Source of the DNA: a virus
Taxonomy: Duplodnaviria > Caudoviricetes
IMG/VR virus record: IMGVR_UViG_3300033156_000984
Span: 1-60,056 of that record
Length of the DNA stretch: 60,056 bases
Strand: one strand, 5' to 3'
A model generated the notes under the pieces. The model saw nothing but the letters and a program-made list of their open reading frames with translations. It searched no databases and was not told the origin of the DNA. Both the position numbers and the translations under genes were made by a program. Below, piece by piece: positions 40,186 through 50,135 of the stretch. Position 1 is the stretch's first letter; every line of letters begins with the position of its first letter.

Positions 40186-41202
40186 TTACAAGGTGCGCTT
40201 CACACCAACCAGAGCAGCTATACCATAAGGATCATTCACTACAAGTACACTACGCTCATATACTTCGAACTCTTCAACCTGCGCTGAAGTCTTACCTAAT
40301 GACTCTTTCTTAAGTGGTACCAAATCAACGAAGAATACATTATCAAGATTCACGCAGAAGAATGCAGTTGAGTCTCCACCCCAGAGCTGATATCTAGTAA
40401 GACCACTAGCTGCAGCACTTGATATTAGACCATTAGGATCAAGTGTTATAGTATCAGGTATTGCAGAAGTTACAAAGATGGGGACACCTTCATAAGAAGG
40501 AACTTTGATACCGGGATCAACTTCAGTTGTATTTAATGATAGATAACCATATACCAATCCTTTAAGCTCACGGAGTCCACCCTCAGAACAGAATATTGCT
40601 TTCTTCTTACCCTTCACTGAAGATATTAGCTCATCAAGTTTAGTCAATGTTAGTGTAGCTGCATTAGCATCGCTTCCCATCTGGATAACCCTATCATCAC
40701 CGATATTGAACTCAGTAGTAGCATTAGCACAGTAATAGTACAGACCACTCATCTCAGTTATTGCAGTAGTAGCATCAGCACGTCCCCAGAACATTAGCCA
40801 TGTCTCACGCTCAACTATTCGATTTATTATGAATTGTATTTCATCCTGTAATAGGTCAGTCTTTTCTTTTCCTTTATCAATATCTGCCTGATATACTTTA
40901 CCTTTCATACCAAAGTTCACATAGTTAAAGCTCTTGAGATATACAGTACCTGTTTCCTCATCAAGCGAAGTATCGTCATCTGCAAATTCTGCTAGTAATG
41001 ATTGAGTTGTATAAGGATCGGTCTGTGATACATGATAACGTACATCATAACCACGACCGCTACCACGCTTACGTGGCACAACTGCCCGCACTTCATTGAT
41101 ATAGCGTGCATAGTCACGTAGCTGTTCGTCTTCTAAAGCACCCCAATCGACAGAGGAATCCATATTAAGATCTTTCAATACTTCGATGGGATCTACCTGC
41201 AT
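40186..41202 (-). CDS. Major capsid protein (HK97 fold)
   Basis: 338 aa, downstream of the protease; WLMFWG, LTLTKLDELI, YEGVPIFVTSAIP, LVVNDP. Confidence 0.85.
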   Translation of the reverse strand: MQVDPIEVLKDLNMDSSVDWGALEDEQLRDYARYINEVRAVVPRKRGSGRGYDVRYHVSQTDPYTTQSLLAEFADDDTSLDEETGTVYLKSFNYVNFGMKGKVYQADIDKGKEKTDLLQDEIQFIINRIVERETWLMFWGRADATTAITEMSGLYYYCANATTEFNIGDDRVIQMGSDANAATLTLTKLDELISSVKGKKKAIFCSEGGLRELKGLVYGYLSLNTTEVDPGIKVPSYEGVPIFVTSAIPDTITLDPNGLISSAAASGLTRYQLWGGDSTAFFCVNLDNVFFVDLVPLKKESLGKTSAQVEEFEVYERSVLVVNDPYGIAALVGVKRTL

Positions 41203-41208
41203 GCGTCA

Positions 41209-42459
41209 TCACCTCTCATATCGTTCTTTCAACTCAAGGATTGTACGTAACCTTTCTTCAGGTGTCAGTTCTTTTAGTCTTTCTCTTATTTCTTTTATTA
41301 CGTCTTTAGTTTCGGGTTTGTCGTCACGAGGCTGTAACCCTTTCCTAACGGGTACAGATTCGGCGACATCTTCAATTAATTGTGTCATTTTTGTTTCAAA
41401 TGCTTTAATCTTTTCATCTATTTTATTGAGAATATCCTTAGTTACTTCCTCAATATCGAGTTCTTTGGTTGGATAAGGATATGGATAACCATACTCCTCA
41501 CTGAGTTTCCGAAGCTCTTCAATCATCGCATCAATCTTGTCCTTAAGTTTCTTATCATCAATTTTACCTTTGAGTGTCTTTAGAAGTGCTATCACTTTCT
41601 GTATAGTATCTGCACTCTTTATAACCAAATCTTTTAGTTTTTCTATTTCAGTATCATCTGTGTTTTCATTATCTTCCTTTGTATCATCTTCTCTGGAATT
41701 ATCTACTTCTTTCGTCTGATCTTTAGTTTCATTAGTCGTATCCTGATCCTTTGCATCAGCAGATTTCTGAGTATCCTTAGCACCCTGAGAAGCATTCTGT
41801 GGCTCATCTCCTTCATTAGTAGGATTATCCACAATGGTGTCATCAGTATCTTTAGTTACATCCTTAGTCTGCTCATCCTCATCCTTCTTTTTCTTAAGAT
41901 CATCATCACGATTACCAACAACCATATCATCCACCTCCAATGCCTTCGATACATAATAACTCATTATCTTTGATAATGGTTGAGCTGGTAATGAAACTAA
42001 TGAGATTTCAAATATTTCTAAGTCATCACATACAAGGATTGTTCTACTGAGTTCTTCATTCCATTCCTCATGATATCTTACTCGGCCTCTGTATGAGAAT
42101 GAATTAATTATACCTTGAGTGATTTGATTCCAAATCCAATCATTATATTTATCTATCATAATTTTAACTCTAATTCCTTTATCGTCAAGTTTAAACTCTA
42201 AAAGTTTGCCTATAGGATAATTTTTTTCATGATTAAATAATACGGTATTACAGAATTTTAATGACTCTAATGCTCGTTCTGCTGCTTTCTTAGAGATAAT
42301 TTCAAATTCTCTATCAGGTGTTTCAACCATTAAGATATATCCCTCAACTATTCTATCTCCTTTCTCTTCATCTTTCTTAGTTTCGGATTCATAGCTTCGT
42401 ACTATATCAAAATATCCTTCGAATTCTTTTGTTCTAACTTCGTTAACAGTTATGCCCAT
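41209..42459 (-). CDS. Prohead protease with C-terminal scaffold region
   Basis: VEGY, LFNH...PIGK, FSY, EISLVSLPAQP; acidic linker and coiled coil; start moved to ATG 42459 after GGGGGTGA. Confidence 0.88.
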   Translation of the reverse strand: MGITVNEVRTKEFEGYFDIVRSYESETKKDEEKGDRIVEGYILMVETPDREFEIISKKAAERALESLKFCNTVLFNHEKNYPIGKLLEFKLDDKGIRVKIMIDKYNDWIWNQITQGIINSFSYRGRVRYHEEWNEELSRTILVCDDLEIFEISLVSLPAQPLSKIMSYYVSKALEVDDMVVGNRDDDLKKKKDEDEQTKDVTKDTDDTIVDNPTNEGDEPQNASQGAKDTQKSADAKDQDTTNETKDQTKEVDNSREDDTKEDNENTDDTEIEKLKDLVIKSADTIQKVIALLKTLKGKIDDKKLKDKIDAMIEELRKLSEEYGYPYPYPTKELDIEEVTKDILNKIDEKIKAFETKMTQLIEDVAESVPVRKGLQPRDDKPETKDVIKEIRERLKELTPEERLRTILELKERYER

Positions 42460-42463
42460 GAAC

Positions 42464-45400
42464 TCACCCCCTTTCAGAGCCAGGCGATTTCTCAACCTTC
42501 TTCATAAACCAAGCTTCACCTTTCTTTTCAAATAAGAATACACCTTCTACACGATTTCCCTTGAACTCAATCTTCTTGATTCCTACTGAATCTTCATAAA
42601 TTATTATACCCCCACTATCAAGTTTTTCAACAAACATTTCAGTGTTTTTAGTTTCATTAGCAGGATGATTGGGTGGTATGTAACCATGAAGATTTGAATA
42701 ATCTTCTTTTTCTTTTCTGATATATACCTCATCACCGCCAAATCTAACGACATCTTCGATTTTATTTGGAAGTATTATCGCATAATGATTATTGCCAACC
42801 GAATATCTAATAGCCCAATACCTAAGCGACGGTGAAACTCTAACCACTAATGGACCTTTGTAATAGATGTACTGATAAACAAATCGTCCTTTAACTTGAC
42901 AAACTATCTCTTTTGATTTACTTCGCTCATATTCAATTTGAATTTCACCTTTCTTAATTAATTCAACTAATTCATTCCTTACAGTTAAAGCACCTTCTAA
43001 ATTACCTACAGTCCAATATCTATATTCTTTGGGTATCTGTCTTCTAATATATCTAGGTAAAGCTGAGAATCCTACTGGTGGCATCCAACCTTCATCTACA
43101 GCACGTTTTGATAATACATAAGGTTCTTGATCATCTGGTTTTATTGCTAACCATCCATATTCACCACGTCCAAATTCTCCTTCTGAAGGTGGTAAGACCT
43201 CTTCAGCTAATTTCTCTAATTCTTCCAGAATCTCATTTCTATAGAATGGTAACTCATCTTCGGAATACAATTTATTATAATCAAACTCAAGCACTTCAAG
43301 GATATCTTCGGGTATATCTAATGATTTAAATTTTTCATTCTCTAAAGCTTTCCAGATATTTTTAATCCTTCTGAATACTAATCTATAATTCATTACTTTA
43401 CCATCAAGGAAATATTCATGAAACCATGGTTTTTGCGCACCATATTCCACATATCCTCGATCTATGATATGAAATACACCGGGATAATTTTTTGTGGCAC
43501 CAACTTTGCCGGGAGGTACTACTCCTTCAAATTCTAACCATTCAAATGGTTCCGGTGCAGCTTTCACAGCTGCTATCTCAACATTAACTAATTTTGAATC
43601 ACGTTTACGTTTTTTCCATTCACCTGTCTGCCAATTTATTTTAAAATATTTTTCCGATTCAGCATCAATTTTCTTAGCCTGCTCAAGTGTTAATACAGGT
43701 TCTTTTATAGTATCTTTGATTAAGTCCGCTAGCGTGAATTTAATTAAAACTTCATTTTTAACTAACTCAAATCGTGGATCGGTATGGCAAGTACGTCCTC
43801 TGAAATGATGTTGTGCTACATACTTGCATCGTTTATCTTCATCTGGTAATCTCATATATGGATCACTGGGTGTGAGATAATCTTTAGTGATATCCAAATC
43901 TTTAGCTTTCAAATCTTTCGGAATTTTGAATGTACAAACCAGATACCAATCATATCCAGTTCTTGCGTGAATTGCACCTAGCCAGTTTCTTCTATCACCA
44001 AATATAACTAAACCTAGTTTGGTATTTGGAGGAAGCTCAAATCGTTTGCGATTGATTATCTTAAGGATAGATTCACGATCTAGTTCAATGAAATCATCTG
44101 CTATCTCAAACAATACTTCTAAGAAGATTTTTCGTGAAACTGGTTTCATTTTTTCAGGATGGAAAGTAGTATTTCTCCTTGAAATTAATTCTTCCATAAT
44201 CTGTTTCAGCAATCTTTTAACTTTAGCTTTTGTTATTCCAGATATTACTTCTCCTTGTTCTAATCTGCTATACCAAGCTAATGCAATTCTGAAATCATCT
44301 CGTAATTGTTCGGTTTGTAATCTTTCTGGATTATATTTATCTATTTCTTGAATCTTTTCTGAGAAATGGGATTGTAATAATCTGATAACCTCCTTGAAAT
44401 TCTTTGGTTGTATAAATTTAATCTCATCCTTACGAGTGATTAGTTTCATCACTAATACCTCATTCTTGTATGCTTCCTCAAGTGCATTAACTAAATTAGA
44501 AGTACGCCTCTTTGTGGTATCTATAATTCTAGGCGCCCATATCCCAATATCGAATTTTCCCTTAATATTATCAATTATTAAGTTCATTTGTTCTCCTTCG
44601 ATTATGATTCTATCACCTTTCTTTAGTTTGACATCTGTATTAAAAGTTCGTCCGATTACTATTTTGCCATCTTGTACATCCTCGAAGTAATCCGAGTACT
44701 TCGAAGTTAATCCAATAGTATAATTATAAACTCCTTTTGTCTTTGTTTCATGTACATCTAAAATTTCAACTACTACAAGGAATGCTTTATGCCATTTAAG
44801 CCATCCGTTTCTTGAATTTACATCTAAATAATATTTTGCATTATGTTTTTTTATCACGACACCTTCAGAACCAGGCTTATGCGATAATTCTTCACATATT
44901 TCTTTAAATTTATCAAAATCATAATCTTCTAATTCGATATTAGGTACCTCATTTAATTTATGATTTTTTACATCCGGAATTTCTAAAGTTGAATATCCAA
45001 TACCTAATTTACGTAAGTATTCCTGCCGAACCTCTTCAAATGCACGATGTAAATCTCCAATTTTGCCATAGTACAAGCAAGTAAATACATTAGCTATGAA
45101 ATTAGAATCATCAACCTCTCCAAGTCTGTGTACATAAGCTGCTACAGCTTCACGTGGTTGATGTTCACCGTTTATCCAGCATTCAATCTCTGCATCAAGA
45201 ATGAATTGCTCAACCTTGAGTTTTAATAATTCCTTCACCATATTTGGGAATTTTCTTGTATGATCAGTTCCATCTTCAGAAATTATCTTGACTTTATTTT
45301 TATCTCTAAAAATCAAGACTCGATATCCATCATATTTCTTTGATATATAAATAGGCATATCGTCTTCCTTGATTAATTCCCATACAGCTTCCAAACTTTG

Positions 45401-45568
45401 TGGTTCGCCTTTAACTGTTACTCTTACAGGTTTCATTCCATAGAAGAATCGATTTAGTTTAATTCTATCTTCTTCTTTAGATTTTTCAGCTTGATCTTTG
45501 AAACGTTCAGCAAGGTATTTGGTTTTGTATCCCTGAATTGTAGCTAACGTACATTTCAGGAAATCCAT
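42464..45568 (-). CDS. ATP-dependent DNA ligase fused to two LigD 3'-phosphoesterase-like domains
   Basis: Ligase motifs KYDG, ILDAE, EGVVIK, WLKWH; PE-like YVAQHH...HTDPRFE...FEGVVPPG...IIDRG; second degenerate copy FVYQY...HGYIPP...LDSG...EFKGNRVEG. Confidence 0.82.
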   Translation of the reverse strand: MDFLKCTLATIQGYKTKYLAERFKDQAEKSKEEDRIKLNRFFYGMKPVRVTVKGEPQSLEAVWELIKEDDMPIYISKKYDGYRVLIFRDKNKVKIISEDGTDHTRKFPNMVKELLKLKVEQFILDAEIECWINGEHQPREAVAAYVHRLGEVDDSNFIANVFTCLYYGKIGDLHRAFEEVRQEYLRKLGIGYSTLEIPDVKNHKLNEVPNIELEDYDFDKFKEICEELSHKPGSEGVVIKKHNAKYYLDVNSRNGWLKWHKAFLVVVEILDVHETKTKGVYNYTIGLTSKYSDYFEDVQDGKIVIGRTFNTDVKLKKGDRIIIEGEQMNLIIDNIKGKFDIGIWAPRIIDTTKRRTSNLVNALEEAYKNEVLVMKLITRKDEIKFIQPKNFKEVIRLLQSHFSEKIQEIDKYNPERLQTEQLRDDFRIALAWYSRLEQGEVISGITKAKVKRLLKQIMEELISRRNTTFHPEKMKPVSRKIFLEVLFEIADDFIELDRESILKIINRKRFELPPNTKLGLVIFGDRRNWLGAIHARTGYDWYLVCTFKIPKDLKAKDLDITKDYLTPSDPYMRLPDEDKRCKYVAQHHFRGRTCHTDPRFELVKNEVLIKFTLADLIKDTIKEPVLTLEQAKKIDAESEKYFKINWQTGEWKKRKRDSKLVNVEIAAVKAAPEPFEWLEFEGVVPPGKVGATKNYPGVFHIIDRGYVEYGAQKPWFHEYFLDGKVMNYRLVFRRIKNIWKALENEKFKSLDIPEDILEVLEFDYNKLYSEDELPFYRNEILEELEKLAEEVLPPSEGEFGRGEYGWLAIKPDDQEPYVLSKRAVDEGWMPPVGFSALPRYIRRQIPKEYRYWTVGNLEGALTVRNELVELIKKGEIQIEYERSKSKEIVCQVKGRFVYQYIYYKGPLVVRVSPSLRYWAIRYSVGNNHYAIILPNKIEDVVRFGGDEVYIRKEKEDYSNLHGYIPPNHPANETKNTEMFVEKLDSGGIIIYEDSVGIKKIEFKGNRVEGVFLFEKKGEAWFMKKVEKSPGSERG

Positions 45569-45569
45569 A

Positions 45570-46067
45570 TCAATATTCCCCTTTCAATTTAAGGAATGGA
45601 GCATTCTCCCATTTATCAGGGGTTAAATAATCTTCTACTTTGATATCCATACCTGCATACTTGAAAGCCTCTGCCATACCTTCAGTACAAGTATATTTAT
45701 CTTTTAGATTAATTTTGAATATTATCGAAAAAGGAATTTTTAATACTATTCCAATTCCTGTAACGATTAAGAGTAGAAAATCATATTTACGTTTTTCAGC
45801 AATCTTTTTCTCGAAGAACTCAACTATTTTTTCTTCGAAACCTTCTGGTGCATTTTCAATTTCATATATTCTTATTTTGTATAAAGTGAGAGGTCCAATC
45901 TTCTTATATCTAAATCTTTCAGTAGAAGATGTCTTCCTAAATCCAAACCATCCAACCTCATAGATAGTATCAGATGATAGATAAGCTATATGATTACCCC
46001 AAGAATTACATATTTGTCGAATTGCAGTTCCAACAGGGGAATACTCATCTCGAAAGATTACTATCAT
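45570..46067 (-). CDS. Permuted papain-like NlpC/P60 peptidase (YaeF/YiiX-like)
   Basis: WGNHIA (His first), KYDF, YTCTE (Cys later), LTPD. Confidence 0.78.
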   Translation of the reverse strand: MIVIFRDEYSPVGTAIRQICNSWGNHIAYLSSDTIYEVGWFGFRKTSSTERFRYKKIGPLTLYKIRIYEIENAPEGFEEKIVEFFEKKIAEKRKYDFLLLIVTGIGIVLKIPFSIIFKINLKDKYTCTEGMAEAFKYAGMDIKVEDYLTPDKWENAPFLKLKGEY

Positions 46068-46086
46068 TGCAATTAATCCTCCTTTC

Positions 46087-47436
46087 TCATGCTAATTTAT
46101 TCTTCTGACATCCAAACACATACTCATAATGTCCATCAAATTTACTTAAAAAGTTCCATAACATTCTAAATACTCTCCAACCATATGGAAATTCCCAAGC
46201 ATCATGCATGTGGAAATTATCTGCATCCATGAAAGGTGTTTCATTATAAACTAGCGCTTTGGTTTGACTCAGAACCAAATCTTCGATATCATATGCTTCC
46301 TCATAACCATTTAATTCAACACCTAGTCTGGGTGAACCATAAATATAAAGATTGCGTAATCGAGTATCCACAGTCTTTATTGGATGAACTTCTTTTAATT
46401 TTGATTCACGTTCACCATTATAGGGCATAATTTTAGTAGCGTTAACTGAATTGACATCGTATTTCCTCAAAATTTCAGCCATACTGGGTGAAATAATGCA
46501 ATGTGGAGCTATCCAGTGACGACCTAATAAATCCTGTAAATTTACTTGATATATTTTAGAGATGTCTTTAAGATAATTTTCTTCGGTTCCTTGAAAATCA
46601 TGTATTTCAAACTGAAAAGCAAAATCCATATAAATATGTAATCTAAAATTTTGATAATGCTCTTTGATATATTTCCGAATTTCTTCTATTACTTTCTCAT
46701 TTAGGATAATAGTTTCAGCAATAGCGCAAGTAAATTTCATACCTTTGCTTATAGCTTCTTTGAAAAATTCAATAATATAAATATTTTCATTTTCATCCTT
46801 TAATTGAGAAAGAGAAGCAAAAGCCATTGGAAATCCCTCAATATCAAATGCAAATCGTATCTTACTTAAGTTACCAAATTGTTCCGGGAACATTTCAACT
46901 AAGTATTTTCTTAAAAATAACAAACCCGGATCACATGATAGTTCTGGATTATTAGTCCAATCATGGAAATAATATGCTTGACCAAACCCCTCCCACCCTT
47001 CAGCAGTCCCTACCATACCTGCAATGATATATGTATTGGATTCTTGATTTGTGGTCAACCATGGTATGATGTTGCTATAACCTTCTACATTAATAATTGC
47101 ACCCCCCCAAAGAGGATCAGAATAATATCCCCAATCCTCATCTGAATTATAAAAATAGCCTACAGAGGGTGGATATACGTTCCAAGGAATAAAGTGAAAA
47201 ATTGGTATATTTCCTCGTAAATTTCGTAAACGTTCTTCGGAGTTTTCACCTAAAATCTCCCCAAATGTTATTAACATATCTACTTCAGGGATATTCCTTA
47301 ATTGAAATGGGAGTTCAACAAAAACTACTTTATACCCATTTTCTTGAAAATATTTTGCTAATCTACTACATACTAATTTTGCAAGTTCAGCTATATCAAC
47401 ATATGAAATTTTTACTCCAATCCTGAGAAGCTGCAT
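46087..47436 (-). CDS. Polysaccharide deacetylase (CE4/NodB)-fold-like protein
   Basis: IRFAFDIEG, WIAPHCIIS...EILRKYDV, FHMHD; motifs are degenerate. Confidence 0.5.
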   Translation of the reverse strand: MQLLRIGVKISYVDIAELAKLVCSRLAKYFQENGYKVVFVELPFQLRNIPEVDMLITFGEILGENSEERLRNLRGNIPIFHFIPWNVYPPSVGYFYNSDEDWGYYSDPLWGGAIINVEGYSNIIPWLTTNQESNTYIIAGMVGTAEGWEGFGQAYYFHDWTNNPELSCDPGLLFLRKYLVEMFPEQFGNLSKIRFAFDIEGFPMAFASLSQLKDENENIYIIEFFKEAISKGMKFTCAIAETIILNEKVIEEIRKYIKEHYQNFRLHIYMDFAFQFEIHDFQGTEENYLKDISKIYQVNLQDLLGRHWIAPHCIISPSMAEILRKYDVNSVNATKIMPYNGERESKLKEVHPIKTVDTRLRNLYIYGSPRLGVELNGYEEAYDIEDLVLSQTKALVYNETPFMDADNFHMHDAWEFPYGWRVFRMLWNFLSKFDGHYEYVFGCQKNKLA

Positions 47437-47442
47437 GATGAA

Positions 47443-47841
47443 TCACCTACCAAACAACCTAATTGTATATGTCACAACACCGCTGACTTCAATTACTAAT
47501 GCTGGATATAAACTTTCCGATTCAGTATATTCCCAAGCTGATGTTGCGCTTACTGTATCTGAGGTGATAAAAATCGTATATGGTGATGTTAAATCCCATT
47601 TTGAAAGTGTGACTAAAGCATCTGTCCCTTCTTCATTATCGAATTTCAACCAATATTTAGAATAATCTGAAACATTTATAGTGATTAAACTAGCTGAAGT
47701 CTCGATCGAAACCCCAGATAATGGCATTGTAGGATTAACAGGTAAATATGTATTACTTGCAAACCAATCGCTTAAGGTTTTCACACCTTCAACATTTAAT
47801 TTTTCAAAGAATTCTCGCCATTCATCTAGTGTATTGAACAT
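47443..47841 (-). CDS. Small beta-rich protein, paralog of 49168..49644
   Basis: ITINVSDYSKYWLKF...GTDALVTL. Confidence 0.65.
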   Translation of the reverse strand: MFNTLDEWREFFEKLNVEGVKTLSDWFASNTYLPVNPTMPLSGVSIETSASLITINVSDYSKYWLKFDNEEGTDALVTLSKWDLTSPYTIFITSDTVSATSAWEYTESESLYPALVIEVSGVVTYTIRLFGR

Positions 47842-47868
47842 CCTAGCTCACTCCCTCTTTCCATCGAA

Positions 47869-49155
47869 TCAAAATAACTCAGAAACTATCCTTTCATAAA
47901 ATTTCCAAATATCTTCTAATCTAACTGGGATCCATCCTGATTTTTTTATGGTTTCAATTACCTTATCAAATTCATAATCAAATACAGAAAATTCCGCTTC
48001 CCCCAAATTAGAAATTGAATCCGCAATTCCTGGAATCACTATACTTGCTATTCCGGTTAGATTTTTCAAGATTATCAGATATTGTTTTAGAAAATCCAAT
48101 TTTCCATTATCTTCTATCCCTTTAACCGTTAAGTGAGATTCATCTATCTCCCAAGGTTTTTCTTTAGAAGCGAGTAATTGCCCTAATTGAAATACATATT
48201 TGTTTGCAAAATGTTGATTCACTAGATTAATCCAATGTCTATTGGTATTTACTGAATTTAAAGACAAATCATATTGAAATCCGTTATCACGAACGCTTTC
48301 GATTTTAGAAAAATCAGGATGGGTAGTTATTGCTTGGGTGGGGCTTGTAATTCGCTTTTTATCATCTTTGATATATCGATCACTTTCCATTTCATAAGTG
48401 CTAGAATATCCATAAACTCGATGAAAAGATTCTTGTAAATCTTTTATCGTGAAAATATCCCATTTGGGTTCCTGATAAATCTCGATAGGTCTAAGAGAGA
48501 GAGAACATCTTCTACGTAATTTAGATTTTATTCTATTTGCAGTTTTTTCTCCATTATATTCCATAACTTCAGGAAAATGTACTATTATTCCTAAAATAGG
48601 TATAAAATTATCTAATTTGACAAGGAAGAAATTTGTATAATCAAATTGAGCAGCGGTATTGCGAACATTTTGCTGAAAGCCAATGTAACCTTTAAAATGT
48701 CCAATATTTTTGAAACATACAGCTGAAACTTGGAATTCATTCTCTACACGCGGTAAGGAACGTAATTTATAAGTAGAATAATCACAATTCGGTGGGTCAT
48801 AATTATGGAACCTATTCGTAAATTCTGTATAATTCACAGATATGTGATTATCATCAAAAGTTCTCAATCTATCGTTTCTAAAACGAACTTTAAGTCCTGT
48901 GTGATAAGTATTTTCAGCTTCCGAAAAATCCCATCGAGTTTGGCAACCGATAACATAATACCCCGGCTCAAGTTCTATATATTGATATATACCAAAACCT
49001 ATAGTTTGATTCTTTACTCTAATGAAATTCTTTCCGTTTTCCGATAGGAGATTAATTGAGCTTTGATTCCAACCACTCCATCCGTTTAAACCATCACTTA
49101 AATCACCATTGGTGAAATAATTATCAGAAATCTGAATCCTTTTAAGAGATTTCAT
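47869..49155 (-). CDS. Carbohydrate-binding-module-like domain plus deacetylase-fold-like C-terminus
   Basis: NYFTNGDLSDGLNGW...IYQYIELEPGYY (galactose-binding-like); ends FDKVIETIKKSGWIPVRLEDI. Confidence 0.5.
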   Translation of the reverse strand: MKSLKRIQISDNYFTNGDLSDGLNGWSGWNQSSINLLSENGKNFIRVKNQTIGFGIYQYIELEPGYYVIGCQTRWDFSEAENTYHTGLKVRFRNDRLRTFDDNHISVNYTEFTNRFHNYDPPNCDYSTYKLRSLPRVENEFQVSAVCFKNIGHFKGYIGFQQNVRNTAAQFDYTNFFLVKLDNFIPILGIIVHFPEVMEYNGEKTANRIKSKLRRRCSLSLRPIEIYQEPKWDIFTIKDLQESFHRVYGYSSTYEMESDRYIKDDKKRITSPTQAITTHPDFSKIESVRDNGFQYDLSLNSVNTNRHWINLVNQHFANKYVFQLGQLLASKEKPWEIDESHLTVKGIEDNGKLDFLKQYLIILKNLTGIASIVIPGIADSISNLGEAEFSVFDYEFDKVIETIKKSGWIPVRLEDIWKFYERIVSELF

Positions 49156-49167
49156 AGTACATCACCT

Positions 49168-49644
49168 TCATGAAGTGAACGAAAAATCCCAAATCATTTT
49201 AACGAAATCTATAATCAAAGTACAGTTTGTATCTAGATAGAAAGTAAATTGAATTCCTGTTGGATAATATTCATTCATAATATTTCCCCAACTCGTAGAA
49301 TCACTTCTAAGGGTTGCATCATAACCATCTGAAAGGGTTACAGTCCTATACAGTAAACTATTAGTAGATGGATTGTAAAGAAATTCTACTGTTATTACTA
49401 CATCAGTTGCGCCTGTATAAATAAATCTTACATCATATTCAATAGCATCTGATAAATCCAATGTAATACAAAATTCACCTGATTCATCAAAACTCCATCC
49501 TGTATAAGTTCTTTGAGGTTTAGAAATCCATTTTTCTAATTCTGAGACTGGTAATCCACCATTTAATGCTTCAACATCATAATCCCAATTTCCTCGAGTA
49601 ATTCCTTCAAGGAATTTAATTAATAAATCATTTATATTAGGCAT
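49168..49644 (-). CDS. Small beta-rich protein, paralog of 47443..47841
   Basis: ITLDLSDAIEYDVRF...ATDVVITV. Confidence 0.65.
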   Translation of the reverse strand: MPNINDLLIKFLEGITRGNWDYDVEALNGGLPVSELEKWISKPQRTYTGWSFDESGEFCITLDLSDAIEYDVRFIYTGATDVVITVEFLYNPSTNSLLYRTVTLSDGYDATLRSDSTSWGNIMNEYYPTGIQFTFYLDTNCTLIIDFVKMIWDFSFTS

Positions 49645-49646
49645 CT

Positions 49647-50135
49647 TTAAAAACCTCCCTCTATTTCCTCCTCATCAAAAACTGAATCATAATTACGTAA
49701 TTTTAGTTCTCGTTTGATTAATTCTTCTAGGAATAATAATTCCTCCTTACTTAAATTGGATAAATCCAATCCGTCAGTAGAGTTATATGATAATTCTATT
49801 ATTTTACTATCATCTATTCGTTCTAATTTCAATCTATATAATGGATAATATGATGTAAACGGTCCATGAAACCTATCATATATGAAATGCGCACGTAGTG
49901 CTAGTTCCTTCGGCATATTACGCAGTATCCTAAATTTAATTGGTATATCTAAATCTTCTGGTAATGATTCGCTTCTAATCAAGAAATCTATATCACCTGT
50001 TGTACCTTCCTTATCATAAACGATCCCGCCTGTTAGATATACAAAAGGATCCTTAACAATGAATGATTCAAAATAATGTAGTATATCATTCAATTTAATT
50101 CGTTTACCTAAATTTTCGCCTGAATGCTGCATCAT
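49647..50135 (-). CDS. Pol-beta superfamily nucleotidyltransferase-like protein
   Basis: VYLTGG...GDIDFLI matches hG[GS]-x(9-13)-DhDh. Confidence 0.65.
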   Translation of the reverse strand: MMQHSGENLGKRIKLNDILHYFESFIVKDPFVYLTGGIVYDKEGTTGDIDFLIRSESLPEDLDIPIKFRILRNMPKELALRAHFIYDRFHGPFTSYYPLYRLKLERIDDSKIIELSYNSTDGLDLSNLSKEELLFLEELIKRELKLRNYDSVFDEEEIEGGF

